A stretch of 64,000 nt of DNA from Vermamoeba vermiformis (lineage: Eukaryota), in the NCBI GenBank assembly GCA_045837725.1, contig JBEWZL010000084.1:124001-188000 (forward strand). Direction: 5' to 3'. The translations under genes were made by a program, and so were the position numbers. Every line of letters begins with the position of its first letter. Within the stretch, counting starts at the first letter, position 1. Shown here piece after piece: positions 37,860 through 52,900 of this stretch. Under the pieces are notes generated by a model. It saw nothing but the letters and a program-made list of their open reading frames with translations. It was not told the origin of the DNA and searched no databases.

Positions 37860-40416
37860 TTATTCTGAATCCGACAGCGTAATCGCATTATTCGCAGAAC
37901 TGCCCATCCCGTTCAAAAAGTTTTCAGCGCCCATATCATCGTCGCTATCTTCGTCCCTCTTATTGTTTGTATTTGATTTCGATGGACCTTCTGCACAAAA
38001 TATCATTAATAAGTACATAAAAAAATCGGTCTATTTTTGCCAGGAATTTTGTTTTTCAATTTCCCGTTTTGGCAAAATTTTGAATCATTACTGAGGGCCT
38101 TACCTCCATCGCTATCATCGTCTATAACGAGCTCTTGGGCTTTAGGCTTATTCGAGTTGACGCTGGACGTCAGAGATTTCTTCGGCGGGGTCTCTTTTTC
38201 TTTCTTCTCGTTGGACGGCAAGACCCACGAGCCATCGCTTTGAATTTCGATTTCTCCGATGTCTTGATTTGCCAGCGCAGTTAATACTTCTCGGAAATAC
38301 TCGTCGAGGATCAAATCATCGAACGGTGCAGGTCTATTGCAAATCGGACACGTCCAAGTTCGTATCCGCTCGTTCATTTTTAAATAGCTGAAAAGATCAA
38401 AGCACTATATAAGAGGATATTAGAGACATATATGATAAAGATGATAAATCATTCGGATCCGTTTGAAAGTCAAGTTGAATAAATTTGAATTGCCTAATTT
38501 GGAAATGTACCTGAAAATGGCCGCAGGTGCGTGCCCTGACCGGAGTTTTGATTCGAGTAAGTAGTAGCGGATCTGTTAAGGCTAATTTCGTCTTAGTGGC
38601 CAATACTTCGTTGTCTTCCGCGAACAAAGCTTTGACTTTCTTAAGACCTTCATCGCGATCTAGTTTGTTCTGCGAGACTCGCGTCATTAGCGCTTCAATA
38701 GGCTGCCTCTGCATCATTTGTACGACTACTACGCACGGCTATTATATGACGCCATTAGTACGTGTTACAAAATTAACAGCATTATTCGAAACGTACCATC
38801 ATACTCGCGGTGATTATTTGGATGGAGTTCATGCCCACTCGAACAAACGGTGATATATCGGCTGGCAATTCTGTTACATTTTTGTTGTTCATATCGTTCT
38901 AGAGTATTATGGTTAATCATTCGCTATCGTTTTTGACATCCGTTTTTCGGATCCGAAATTTCTTACCTTAACGATCGGAACAAGTTGGCTATTTACATAT
39001 AAGGTACAATCTGCGAGGTATAAGTTAATATTGCTATAATAGAGGTTGAAGGAGACGTACTTAAAGGCCAAATGTGTCTTGGTGGCCCGGGTTCAAAAGT
39101 TTTGTTCTTTTTCGTGTACGTAAAACATCGTAAGTGCATTCGCAACCCTTTGACTATTTTCATTTGAATAACATCTGATATGACGAACTGTTTGTGAATT
39201 GGATCATAGAAACTACGAGAAAAAAAACGTTAGTGACACGTGACATTTTAACGATGAGCTCGCGCTTGTGCCACTTACTTCTTTTTCATATCCTTATCGA
39301 GTGTGAAGTAGGTCACGGGCTCGACTGTTTCAACGCTGAAGAACGGATCGTCCGACAGATCCACTCGGACATTGGTGCCTGGAATACACACACCATCGAA
39401 TGTCGTTGATGGCCGTCCTACTAGTGGCTGTGGTTGTAAATTTGTGTTTGCTGATGGTGCCGATACTCTGGCTCTATATTTAAAGTATTATAAGTTATTT
39501 TAAAATCCTAAGTACGAGGTCAAAAATTTTCTCTGAGTAGTGTGAAAGCCATAAATTTTGACAGGTTATAATTGATTATTGATGTATTTGGTAGGCTTAT
39601 TATGTCATTTGCAGGCATCTCTTAACGATATTTGCACGTACTTTTTGGCTGGCGTGTCTTCCTCCGCTTCACGCGGTCGCTTTTGAGCGCCGTTTGTAAT
39701 GCCTGTGTCTTCGATAAGGCCTCGTAGAATATTATTGGCCATTCGTTCATTGCCAGTATTTGTTGAGTTGGTATTTGCAGTTGATTTATTTGCACCTGGA
39801 ACTTCATAGCTATTCAACCAATATGAGATACAGAAAAATACTGAATTATTCCGGATCTGCACGTACCCTTCGCAGTATTTCGAGACAAAGCTGAATTTCT
39901 CTATTAATTGATTATGTGTAATTGTATGGTTCTTGTAATTCTCCACTAAATTCGTGTAGGTGTCGATAACACGGTCGATCAGATCAGCTTTTCGCCCTGT
40001 CTTTCGCTGTTTGAGATCGCTCAGCAATTCACTCAGGTCAACGACCCTCATGCTATTTATATATTTCTGTAGTAAATAAAAATGCAAAAATTAGCTGTTA
40101 GTCGTAAAATGGCGCGTAACATTAAAAATTAAAGCTGATCGAATAAAATAAATTCCAAAAAAATTGCGTTGCTCAATTTAAGATATAATATGTGCTGTAA
40201 TGAATATTGCAAACGCAAGAATATAGTTGAATTTTTTTGACGCATTTGTTTGACGCTACCGCCAAAACTTGAATCCATCTGACAATTCTCAATCATAAAA
40301 AAGAATATTCTAATGTTTACCTTAAATTCTTCATCAACTTCGAGAGTCATTTCATCAGTACGCTTTATTTCATCGTTTGAGGTCTTCGTATTTGCACCAG
40401 AAAACAAACTGCCCAT
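37860..40416 (-). CDS. SIZ1: SIZ/PIAS-family SUMO E3 ligase (SAP + SP-RING/MIZ + SIM)
   Basis: SAP MRVVDLSELL..KTGRKADLIDRV; SP-RING LTDPLLLTRIKTPVRARTCGHFQCFD..WTCPIC; SIM-like LVIDDDSD and C-terminal AITLSDSE. Confidence 0.85.
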
Positions 40417-40834
40417 CCAAGAGACCGCACTTGTCGCGAAAGCCTCGAATCAGGCAATAAAATATTAAAAGCAATAATACAACCTGCTCGGTGGTCAGCA
40501 GCTGAAGTGTTTAATCAGATGAGCTGAAAAAACCCAAGAATTGAAGTTCATAACTGTCATTGTGATTCTTGACTCATTAGAGTCAGTTGGTACGTTTTTG
40601 ACTATATTTCTATCATGATGGCTCAGCGGTATAGACAAAAAAGGAATTGGAGCATGATCTGCGGATTTGTACAGGGTTATGGAGCGGTCAAACTTTGCTC
40701 GATAAAGGCAACGTTTAGTGCCTTTTTCAAATTCATTAAGGTAAATGCTTTATTTTACAAATGTACAAACGTGCACGGTGGTTGTAATTAAATTCGCTTG
40801 TTTGAGTGGGGTAATGGTAAAATTGAGGTTAAAA

Positions 40835-43531
40835 TTAATCGTCCTTGCTCAAGACGTAGTTTTTGAGGTTCTTAGCGAGCTCTGCGCTTGGAGACCGAGA
40901 CAAAAGCACTTCAATAACCAACTGTTCCAAAATTTGATTAACTTTTGCCCCGTAAATGAAGTCGCCGATAGTTTTGTACGCGTAGGGAGCATCGATGCTT
41001 AAATCAGCGAGATTATCGATCAAGGCAAGCAATCTAACGTAAGGTAAATTAATTAGTCATAATTTATGAAAGCTATTTTTAGGTGTTGCTTACTCTTGTT
41101 CTGCTTGCAAGGAAGTAATGAATCCAATGCTATTCAAGTGCAAGAAGAGCTTGACGTATGGCGCAGAATCATGCTGATCGAACGCAAAATTGATAATTTC
41201 GGTCAAACAAGACGAGACATTGCTCGTACTCGTCATTGCTTGCGTTGTTTCTTCGAGATCGTCATCAACGGCGTACTCTTCGAGTATCTTTCGAATACGC
41301 TCTTCATAGCTCGTTTTTACGTCAGAAGTTGCTACCGGATCGAGATCAGTTTTTCGGATCATGACCATTGGTTGAGGAGGCAAGACGTAAGGGTCTTCTT
41401 CTTTAGGAGCAGCAATAGTGGCTGTTTTAGGTGCAGGAGTTACAGCAGGTTGGTTCAAAGCCAGTTCTTGGTCCATATCTTCTAACGCAGCTTCTAAGTG
41501 GATCTCGCCAATTGTCTTCGGACCCGAAACTTTTCTTCGCGGCACCCAATTGTTCTTACGCTGCTCGACAAGGTCTTTGAGCATAAACCGAAGTCTTGAA
41601 GCCAACAGCTTGTTCTTGCTCGCTTGTTCAATCTTGGTCCAGTAATCGTCCATGATCTTCTTTTGTTGGGCTGTTTTGTCCAATCGTCCTTCGACCGTAA
41701 CCAACAATTTGCAGAGCTGTTGCACAGCGAGCTCAGCGTCGGCAAGCTAAAGAAGTATCACTATTAGTTAATGCTCGGAACTACTATATAATCGTGCTAA
41801 AGCTACCTGTTGTGGACCTTCAGCAGCTGTGCCAATCTTGTCCAACAAGACGGACATGCAACGCTGAATAATCTTCTCGGGGAACAACTTGATCTTGAAC
41901 AGCTCGCCAATGAACACGACATTGCCCAGAATTCTTCGACGAAGCTTGGTCTCTTGTTCTTCGTCAACACCATTCGGAATCTTTTCTTCGAACACGATCT
42001 AGTGATGAAAATAAGATTAGCATTACACGTGTGAGCAGGCGTGTTAGATGAACTACATACTTGGCATTGGTTCAACAGAACGCTTCTAAAGGTCGATTTG
42101 CCATCACCGAGGGTCGGACAGTTGTCGTTCAAACGCTTGCAGAGGTCGCTGTACATGGCGCTGAAGTGAGGCTCGGACAAAGCCTTGTTGTGCACGAGTT
42201 CGATTGAAGCTTGCAGCGATTCTTGCGAGTCAATGGACTTGAACAAATTCACCATCTTTTCAGCGAGTTGATCGAACTTTTCGACGGTCAATTTGTTCAA
42301 TAGACTGCGCATCTTGCCAAAGAACAAATCCACTTCTTCTTTTTTCTTAGTAGGTCTCTTTTGCTTGTCATCCTGCTACGACCGGAGTTAAAAGAGTTTT
42401 GTAACGGAATTTTCGTAGAATTTTTTGGCGAATTAGAATATTAATATTACGTACTGTTTGAGGCTTATCATTCGTTCGTCCAGTGCCGCCGGTTTGTTGC
42501 TGTCCGCCTCGACCGCCACGGCCACCACGTCCGTTTCCTCGTCCACCGCGAGATCCAGAGTCTCTTTGATTACTGTAACCGCCTTGCTGATTTTTATCTT
42601 GATTTTGGAATCCACTCGATAAATTCTGGTTGCTTTCGCGTGATATAGGCGCTTGAGTATAGCCATCGGTCCATAAACTATTTTCCTTTAAGTTGGTTGC
42701 CGTCTCGTCGTCTGGCAAAACTTCATTTGGCTAAGAATATTCCAAATTTAGTAATTTGCTAAATATATTAAAATAGCTGATTTTTTTAAGTCATACCGTT
42801 CTTAAAGCGAATAAAAAGTTTCTAGTATAAATAAAGTTCTGCAGATCCGTCGGAATTTCTTTCATCTCCGGACGCTCACTCTGTCCGGTTGTATTTGTCG
42901 AATATGAAGACCTATCGTCTTGTTGATATGACTTTTGGCCCGAGGAATAATTGTTTTGCTAAAAATAGCAAGTATTAGTCAAAGGGCAATTTAATCTTGA
43001 TAGCGCCATTTCGTAGGCCTCCCAAATAATTAATTAATTTATAAAATCACCTAAATTATTTATTCGATATTTTTGTTAATAAAAAATTGGCGGTTGGAAG
43101 TGAAGGAATAATTTAGATCGAATTAAATTCGGTTCTTACCTTGTTAGAGCCTTGTTGATTTTGAAATATATTCGTTTGAGTAGACTGTTGCGCATTTTGT
43201 GCCTTATTAGCATCGTTTGAGCTCGCATCTGTTGTGGGTGTCTCTACTTTTTTGGGCTCGGACTTTTTGCGCATCCAAGCAGGCATAAACTGAATATAAT
43301 ATTAGAAACGCACATTCACATTATTTATAAATAATTAATAATTATAGGTTTAATTTTAAAATTCGGCCAGATCAAATTTCAGATCTGAAAAATTTTAAAT
43401 TTTGTGTCTCGACGATCTATTAGCTCTTAACATGGAATTTAGAATTTAATAAATATGTGGAGCACCGATGATGCGATGTAAAGCAATAAATAGCTTACCT
43501 TATTCTCTGTGGCTGATTTAGTTTCTGACAT
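40835..43531 (-). CDS. EIF4G: Compact eIF4G-family translation initiation factor
   Basis: 4E-binding YTRNFLF (YxxxxL-phi); RGG box; MIF4G RSLLNKLT.EKF, KALSEPHFSAMY, LGNVVFIGELFK, SRLRFMLKDL..W, GPKTIGEIH; MA3-like C-terminus. Confidence 0.9.
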
Positions 43532-44004
43532 CTGTAAAAAAAATATATGGAATCAGTCCAAAGCACCACTAGTAAATTCTAGCGTAAATAGCCAGCATAT
43601 GGCACGATGAAATCAATTTCTTAAATTTTTTGGGTATTATTAAGCGCAAAATTTTCTCATCGGCAATGAAAAGCTATGCTATCACATTCTACAGTAGCCT
43701 ATGGCTATATTGCGCAAAAACTGTACCTTTGGTTGTGTTTATAAAATATGTTGGGCTGAATGAAGAACTCTGAGCGAATTAAATTGCACCAAAAATTCTG
43801 ACCAATCAAAAGCTACCTCCAGAAAACTCGAACTGGCACTAACTGGCACCACAAATGACATAAAGCGTAGTAATAACCAACATATTCAACATGTTTGAAA
43901 GTAAATTCGAAGTGTAATCGTTGTTGGTGTTTGGAGTTCTGTATTGTTTCAACCAATTTTCCTAAATTATACCCGGCTAAATCAGATCACCACAGTACAT
44001 AAAT

Positions 44005-46223
44005 ATGTTGACATTAGAAACGTTCCCCTATTTTGAGTTCAGTGTTGGTAAGTTTAATGGCAAATACGGATCTTGCGAAGCCTTCCTTCTTACCGAACTT
44101 TTGATGTATTATAGCCTTCATATTATTCGCATACGTATTGGAGAATTATTTGGCGCTGCGCCAGCATTCCCGCTACAAGCTGAAACAAGTTCCAACTGAA
44201 TTGAAGACAATTATTGATGACGAAAAATTCATTAAATCTCAAAACTACCATCTCGATAAGAGGTAAGATCGATATCATATAGAGTATTATTCTATAATAT
44301 TTCTAAATTTATTGGTGCACACCAACATTATTTTTGGTTGTGGATGTCACTTCTCACGTCTAGAATCACCGTAAAAGCGCTCATTTTACTTTAAATACTG
44401 ATACAATATGCTTGAATATTAATTTTAATACTTTTTAGTCGCTTTGGATTTATTTCTGGCTTTATCGATCTGATCTTGAACTTCGTCATCATTTACTACT
44501 TGCCTCTGATTTGGGACTATTCTTTCAAGGTTTTAGAATTTATTTCTCACCATGCTAATCGCGTAGTAACAGAAGACAACGAGGTAAGCGCCTTACAAGC
44601 ATTTTTGAATATTTTTCTAATTTTAACCTCGCAGATTCAACACTCTGTTGCCTTTTTCTTGGCCTACTTCTTCATCAGTAACATTATCAAGCTTCCATTT
44701 TCATTATATTCGACTTTCGTCATTGAAGAACGACACGGCTTCAATAAGCAAACTCTTAAGGTACCTCGATCCACAACCATTTTTCATTCAATAATATTAT
44801 CACAACGCATCATATTATAGACTCATATATTATAGCCGGCGTCTACGATACATTGCACGAACTAACGATCGTTTAGCTGTTCTTCATTGATGAGCTCAAG
44901 ACCATCTTTTTGACGATTGTGATTGGTTCGCCGGTAGTTGCAGGACTCGTTGCAATTATTCAAATGGGCGGAGAATATTTTTATATTTGTATCCTTAATA
45001 TATAGTCTATATGATCTATGGATCGGGTACCTTCCTTACCCGACTATTTTTCTTAACCAAAAATTTTCTTGACAGATGTGTGGTTGTTTGTTACTTTGAT
45101 TGGCCTTATCTTTATGATCGTAAGTATAGAATAAGAGAATATTATAAAAAGCACTTAATATTTCTTTTATTCAATTTAAAGGATGAGATACTAATTAACC
45201 GGATCTAACTTTTTTCTTAGTTGTATCCCAATGTGATAGCACCATGGTTCAACAAATTCACGCCAGTCCCCGAAGGCGAATTGCGCGACAAAATCTTCGC
45301 GCTGGCACAACGCGTTGACTTTCCGTTGACCCAATTGTTCATCGTTGACGGCAGTACGCGCAGTGCCCACAGCAACGCCTACTTCTACGGATTTTTCAAG
45401 AACAAACGCATTGTAGTCTACGACACGTTAATTAATCAAGTCTCGACTGACGAGATTATTCCTATAATTGGTAAGTCTGATAAATTGTTGCAAAGTCACG
45501 TACTCACACCGACTTATTTTTTTTGACAGCACACGAACTCGGACACTACAAGTATGTTATTATATTATTACTATATAGTTTCGTAAGGTGTATATTAATG
45601 ATTTTGTATTAATAGGAAGAGCCACAACTTGAAGAGAATTATTATCAGTCAAATCGAAATTTTGGCTTTCTTTTTCTTGTTCGGTCAAATGATCTACAAC
45701 CAAGTAAGTATAGCAAAATTATTATATACCAATTATTATATATTGATACTAACAATCACCCTAGCATATGTATCACGCATTTGGATTTGCAGCGCCACGA
45801 GTGTTTATTGGTCTAATTTTGTTCTCCATGTTGTATCAGCCTGTTGAACACGTGTTGGGCTTTTTAGGCAACATTTGGAGTCGCAGCATGGAATTTGAAG
45901 GTAGAATAGTTAGCCTTAATAGTGACATTTGCAAATGATACTAACAACGGTAATTTTTTAGCGGATCAATTTGCCGTTGACATGGGCTATGATTTGAGGT
46001 CAGTTTTGTTAACATTATTGTATTTGCAAATATGCGTTATATTATGTATGCATATTAATTATGTGTTTGTAGACCTGGCTTGTTGAAGCTTCATTTGGAA
46101 AATTTGAGCAATTTGAATCCAGATCCGTGGTACAGCGCTTATCATTACACGCATCCACCACTCTTGGAGCGACAACGAGCCATTAAGCGCGCCCTCGATG
46201 TCAGAGAACGCAAGGCTCATTAA
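44005..46223 (+). CDS. STE24: CAAX prenyl protease STE24/ZMPSTE24 (peptidase M48A)
   Basis: [46 protein letters not shown] zinc motif, [15 protein letters not shown]. Confidence 0.95.
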
Positions 46224-46622
46224 CGTACTGTACCAGTGCATAATAAAAGAACTAATGTTGGTAGATCCACGGAGTTTTTATGTTTGCAGTTCTTTATGAA
46301 GAACATTTATGACTAGCATCGACATAAATATGATTAATCGGTAGTATTGTAACATAGTCCATTAAGATCACCTTTGTAAGATGGAATCCAGATCCACGAT
46401 TTCTAACACAAACAAACTAACGGAAACGGATAAAATAAGAGAACATGGTATAATATTTGTAATGACTAATAGATAACATTGCCGTATTATACAGTAGATA
46501 TGAAACGCGGAATTACAAAAAAAACGCGTGCGGAAATTTGGAACTTTGGCAGCTCTAAGTGTCAATAAAAATAGCTAATTGAATATCATCACAATATAAA
46601 ATACATATGTAGATGTATTAAT

Positions 46623-47834
46623 ATGAAGGTTTCGAGAAGAGAGCATTTTAACGAAGAGGAACAATTCGGGCTCGAGATCGGTGTTGATTCCACGCGAGCC
46701 AAAAAGAAACAAATTGCCAGCGAGAATGATAGAAAATATTTGCTAATATTTTTAGGCACGATTATTGCTGTTTTTTCGATGCTGGTAATGACAGGATTGG
46801 TAAATTATTTTGATTCTGCTTCTTGGGCAGATCAGGAAGGAGCCTGGCGTGTAGAGAAGGTGAATTTCGCCCTAAACCTTTTATTTAAATACCTATTTAA
46901 TTATATTACCTCAGGAGAGCTGCAGTTGCAATTGTTGGGACCGAAGAATTAAAGGAAAAACGCCGCCCTTCCCAAAAGGACGTTACAAATCTATTTATAT
47001 CAACTCCGATGCTACTACTATATGGATTATCTTAATAACAGTCGTGTACGTAACTTCAGCCGTCAAACTGATAGAAAAGACATTGAATCTCGTGGTCAAC
47101 GAACAAGATCGAATCCGCTACGAGCTTCTGGCAGTTCTGCCGTTGACCATTTACGCTAATATCTATTCCTGGTGGCTTATTATAACGTATTTGAATGATC
47201 AATGGTTTGAAATGATCTGGCACCAGGTAAGAATTAAACCTTTCGGTTTTGCCCATTCAGCGAACATTAAAACAAGTCTAGCTGGGTCGATATGCTGAAA
47301 TCTGTCATTGAATAATTAATTTTGCTAATTAATGTATTATAGAGCTACTTTGCGGTGACGGAATGGTTAGTTACACTCGCGATCTACAAACTGATCGACA
47401 AAAAAGAACTGCCCGTGCATTTGTTATCTTGTTGGACAGTATTTACTATTACAACGACTCATACCATTCAAAATTTTATCAACGGATCATTATTTGGAGA
47501 AACTAGTAGTGCGCGTAAGTTAAAATTGAATCCGTTTAAGCCTACAACCCGTCTCGAACGAAAATCACTCACGATAGTTAAATTTTGCTTGCATATGATA
47601 CAAATAGTGATTTAGTGCTAAATATATGTCAATACAGCTCTGCGAGACTTCGTACTAATGGCATCTGATCTGGCTCTGCTGATAATCTCCGCACGATATC
47701 TAAAATTATATCAAAAGCTTGTTAAAAATGATAATTATTCGTCTTTAGTAACGAATAGACACCTAGCTATCGCAATAGGTGTTATTCTAAGCTCAGTTTT
47801 GTTACTGACTTTTGTAATTCCCACTCCATGGTAA
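46623..47834 (+). CDS. Uncharacterised multi-pass membrane protein (4 exons)
   Basis: In-frame exons with TM segments; CSCNCWD..KG..YKSIYIN motif; YSWW..TYLND.WFEMIWHQ. Confidence 0.7.
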
Positions 47835-47957
47835 TCAAATTGCCCAATGTACAGCATAAAATAATGAACGGATTAGTGGGTTTAAAAATACGTAATTTGA
47901 CTTTGTTTGACCGATGACACACTTTAAAATCAAAATTAGCTCGCCTAGATTTTTTTT

Positions 47958-49808
47958 ATGCAAACCAACACCAGCACCATGGCTGTACAAAATCAAAATT
48001 TAAATTTCTTAGAACTTCCAAAAGATATAATTGGCCTCATATTCAACAAACTAGACGCTGTAGATGAGATCAGGTAAGCCTTTTTTAAAAGTGCACTACA
48101 AGCATGCGTTAAAATTAAATAACAGGAATAATATCCTACTATATTATTTTAAATTAAATTGACTGGTAAATAATTTATTTGAACCATCGGGTAAATCGAA
48201 TTAATTTTTTCACTCTCAGATCTCACCGCTGTATAGCTAAGGCTTGGAACGAAGCATATTGGTCATCTGTAACAAGGATATATATTAATTCACAGGCATT
48301 ATCAGTACTTGAAGACCATCACTTGATCTACCTTCTGAGTCGAGTGAATCCGCTCAGATTGTATTCATTAGACATATTCAAACAAGCTCCAAAATTAACT
48401 TTCAACTCACTGTCATTATTGTCACAATTTATCAACTTGAAGGCCCTCCAATTAAGTGGATTGCCGTCAGATCTGATCCGTCAAACAGTGACGGGCTTAG
48501 TCTCATTAAGAGAATTACATTTACGATCGAAACATGTTACCGAAGATTGTATGAATGATATTGCAGACAATTTAACAAAATTAACCCGAGTTTTCTGCGC
48601 CACATCCGAACAACTACTTCGTAAGTCAAAAATAGATCTGAAAGAACGAATTCTTAAAAGATAATAGTCATATTAATATTTTACTATTAATAGGGTGGCG
48701 CAATGCGTATAAATTAACTCAACTAAAAGAGCTGACATTAGCCTTAACAAAAAAGTTCACTCCAGAAGGCTATGCAGATCTAGCCAAATTAAGCAACTTG
48801 ACATTTTTGAACGTGAATGCAAATGATAATATTAATAATGAAAGTCTAGGCCATATTTTCAGCATGACAAATTTAGAAACGTTGTTTTTTATAGACGCGA
48901 AGGCAACACTTCCACGAGTTTATTCTGGCCTGGTTAAAATGACAAAACTGCAAAAATTGCACGGAATGATTCTAACCGACGAGGAGGCCCTATCATGTTT
49001 ATCTCAAGCATATTCGTTGACATCACTCGGAGTTGAAGTTCGGAGTAGTGGCCCTATAAGTGCTGCTTCCGAAATTTCATCGAAGTTTATTTCAACGTTA
49101 ACCAACTTGAAACATCTTATGGGAAGTGTTAAAATACAAGACACGCAGTTATTAACACCATTAACAAATTTGGAAAAAATCAGCGCTTACAATCTAAGCA
49201 TGGGTGAAGAATTTCCGCTGCACGTAATGACGAATTTAATGGAAATTTCCTTCGAAGCAATTGACGGCAAAGCACTGCAAAAAATATCAAATTTAGTTAA
49301 ATTAAAGTCAATTCGGTTCCGCAAGATCAATAACTCGCAAGAGAATGATTTCGCTGGCATCCAATACTGTCAAAATTTGCGAACTTTGGGTTATACCGGC
49401 CCGCAAATTACACCAATGCGTAAGCAGAATAGATAGATTTTTTTTTCATATAAATCAGAAATTAATCTTAAATTTTACATACTGGATTATTGGTTTTAAA
49501 TTTAATATTAACTTTTTAATCCAGAATTTGGATACATCGCACAATGCCCGCAATTAGCAGAATTGTTCATAAATGTCCCATCCAAATGCGCCAATGACTT
49601 TTACAAATTGACACAATTAACATCGCTCGAACTGCGCTTCGTCGATTGGGAGATGGAGCACGTAAAGAAATTGACAACATTGACTAAGCTAAGAAATCTG
49701 CAAATTAACAACGGCAAATTTATTGATCAGGTTCATCAGACAGTAATTCAAAATTTGTTCAGTCCTGATGTTAGAACGGCATTGACGGTTACTGTGTGGA
49801 CTGTATAG
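47958..49808 (+). CDS. F-box/leucine-rich repeat protein (start at 47958 or 47979)
   Basis: FLELPKDIIGLIFNKL..RCIAKAW F-box; repeated LTNLxxLxL LRRs. Confidence 0.85.
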
Positions 49809-49930
49809 TCAATTATAATGCTATTTTAAACCTTTGGTCAATAATTTTTACAAACCGTTGTAACGGACGAAATTTCGTTCAATAAATAAAAATCTTTACA
49901 GAAAGATCTATCTCAAAAGAACAAACCTAT

Positions 49931-52900
49931 TTACTTATAATACATTCCACCGTAAGCGTTCGGCCAATTAGATCCGGGTTGGATCTGGACTTGCACGGCG
50001 GGTCCAGGTGGCAAAACAGCCGCCTGTGGATAACCAACAGCTTGCGGTATCACTTGCGGTGGTTGTTGCACGTAATATTGAACAGGCGCGCCTTGTGGGA
50101 CATTGACTTGGTACTGCGGATAACTCTGCGGCACACCGTGTTGAATGACGGGCTGTGCATTGGGATAATAATTGTTGTTGTTATTATTGTACCCGCTTTG
50201 TTGCTGTTGATCTGAGCTCGAATTAGAATTGACAGGTGACGTCACGACATTAGACCAGCCTTGTTGTTGTTGCGGCTGATGTTGATTTTGATACTCATTA
50301 TGACTGTAGCCGTAGTTGTTATTATATACATTTTGTGGCTGTTGTTGAGGCTGGCTATAATTATTATTGTTCATTTGTTGATTGTAATTATTGTTGCCGT
50401 TGAGGTTCATCTGTTGCTGCTGTTGTCCGTTGTTATAATACGGCTGATTTTGATTGCCCGAGTTATCCAAGTGCGCTACAGGACTCATCGGACCAGACAC
50501 GTACTGACCGCTATTATTGATCTGTTGCTGCGGCCCATTGTTGTAAGATTGAGGTGAGGCGACATTTGGGCTCGCGTAGTTCATGTTGCCACTACCAGGG
50601 CCATTCTGATGGAGGTACGCGCTGTTGGGATGCACTTGTGACAGTTGTGGCGTGACGAACATGACGTCTTCGTTATTTACATGAATCAAGTCGTTGTTCT
50701 GCGGCGACGAGTTTGACCGATAGACTTGAGGCTGGACAGGGATTGGTGCGTTGTGAATGACGTTGTGGTCCGGAATGGCTGTTGGGACATGTGACGGACT
50801 TGTCGGGGTACGCAAGGCAGTGGGATGAGAACTCGATGGAATTTCACTGGGCGAAGAAAAGTACGAGGGAGCTGATGCCGTGTGAGGAACGTACGGCGAT
50901 GATTGGCCCGAGATCGGCGTGTTGTAGCCCTGGTTGATGGGTGTCACGGGTGTGGGCGGTGTGTCGTAGCCTGGTGAAGTTGGTGCCATGAGCGGCGTTG
51001 GTGTTGATTGAGGACTTTGCATGACTTCACGCGGTTGACTGAGCGGTGCACTGTTAGGACCTGAATTGTTCAGTGCATTGGGAGCAGCACTCGGTTGACT
51101 CGTGGGCTGTTTAGGACCTGCACTCAACGCGTGATGCAACTGATTCTTGAACTGTTCCTTGTCGCGCAGACTTGACTGCATTTGTCCAAAGTCACTGCTC
51201 TTGCTCGCTCCTTTCGGCGGGTTAGGCGCCATTTGTTTTGGGATTGGTCGTGATGGCTGTTTCTTTTCTTGACCGCTTGGTGGCACTTCACGAATGGGCG
51301 GTGGTGCGTCAGACTTCCTCTTGGCACGCGTGTCATTATTAGCCTTGACAGGTGCTGGGCCCAATCCCATTGGTGCTCGTTTGGGCACGCCTGCTTCATC
51401 TCTTGGCGCTGCTGGAATGCTATTGGACCGTGTGCGACCAATAGAATCACTTCTGGGAATGGGTGGTGGTGACGGGTTCGGAGTATTTTGTTCACTGTTT
51501 GATGGTGACAATTGTCCCGGTGAGAGTTGTTGTCCTGCTTGAGGCCCTTGTCCACTCGCACGAAGACCTCCCTTAGGCAATTGTGGAAGTGGTTTTGGTG
51601 GTTTAGATCCGGATCTGTTCAATGACATTTCTTCAACTTTTGCCTCTATAGCTGCTGGTGCTGCTTGTGGCTGTGGCTGAGCTTGAGAGCCCCCACTGCG
51701 AGGACTAACTACAGCACCTGACTGCTCGCCTACGACTTTTGGTAGTGCCATTTTAGGGTTGCTAACAGCTGCGAGTCCAACTGCATAAAATTGTTAGCAC
51801 GCCGGGAGAACGAAATAAAATTGATAAAATTTTACCTGAACCATCTCTACGTATCAGGGCCGATCCTTTCTTACTATGCACGCCATAAAATTATTAGGAC
51901 TACGTTCGAACTGGTTGGATGTGATCCGGATGTACTTACAGATTCTTTTCTAGCTTATCTATAATGAGTGCTCCTTTCGCCTTATCATTTTTTACTACGG
52001 GCATTGACATTCCTTGCTTCAAATTATCTATAGTGCTCTGTCATACAAATTTATAAGTTTCTTTCCAAATTAGGAAGTCCATTCAACTTACGCAAATTTT
52101 AGCCAGGTGATATTCCCTGCCTAAAGGATAGACTATACTACGTTTTAACTTATACAAGTCAAACTCGAGTACGTCGTCTGATTTCAGTACACTGTCAATG
52201 ATCGGAATTTCATTCCATCTGAGTGTCATGGAGGCGTGGTCTACGGTCTTTTTTTCAGTCTCCAAAATCTTTTCTGTCTTGTCGTCGTTGATCACTTTGT
52301 AAATTTTCACGAACAAAGTATTACGCTCCATCTTTTGTGCCAGACCTACACAACAAAAGTGTTAGTTCAATTCGTATAAAACTGATTATATTTGATATGA
52401 CGTACCAGTGGCTAGTTTAATAGGGTGATAAGAAAGAACCATCTTAATCATGCCTTCACGGACTTGATCTGCAGAAAAAATTAGCGTCAAAAGTTTCGAA
52501 TTTTGCTTTCTTACCATTACTATTGGAGTTATTTTCAGCTTGTGGATGACTTGCAATCTCCCGTTGCGGAGATTTAGCGGGTGCAGGATGAGCGGGCGGG
52601 ACATTCATGTGGCCGTTACTGAGCGGCTTTGGCATGCTGTGACTGCTCTCACTGTCACTGAGACTGTTGTTCAAATTGTTGTTATTTACAATGTTATTGT
52701 TCGGCAGTGGGGCCTTGTAGTCCTTGAAATAATCTGAGCTCAATATCTCATCCGCTGAAGGTCGCTGATTGCTCTCCATGGCCATCATCTTCAACAGCAG
52801 ATCCACATACCCTTCGCTATATTTTCGGTCCTGTACATGCAGGGCACTATTAGTCGTGCTTATTATGCAAGGACATTAGTAATAGACTTACGGCTGCAAG

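Noticed and set aside
18566-49808. pgtA with two F-box genes and a JmjC hydroxylase as a Skp1 pathway cluster
   Set aside because: F-box genes are abundant in amoebae, the genes are dispersed among unrelated ones, and JMJD4 is not the Skp1 prolyl hydroxylase
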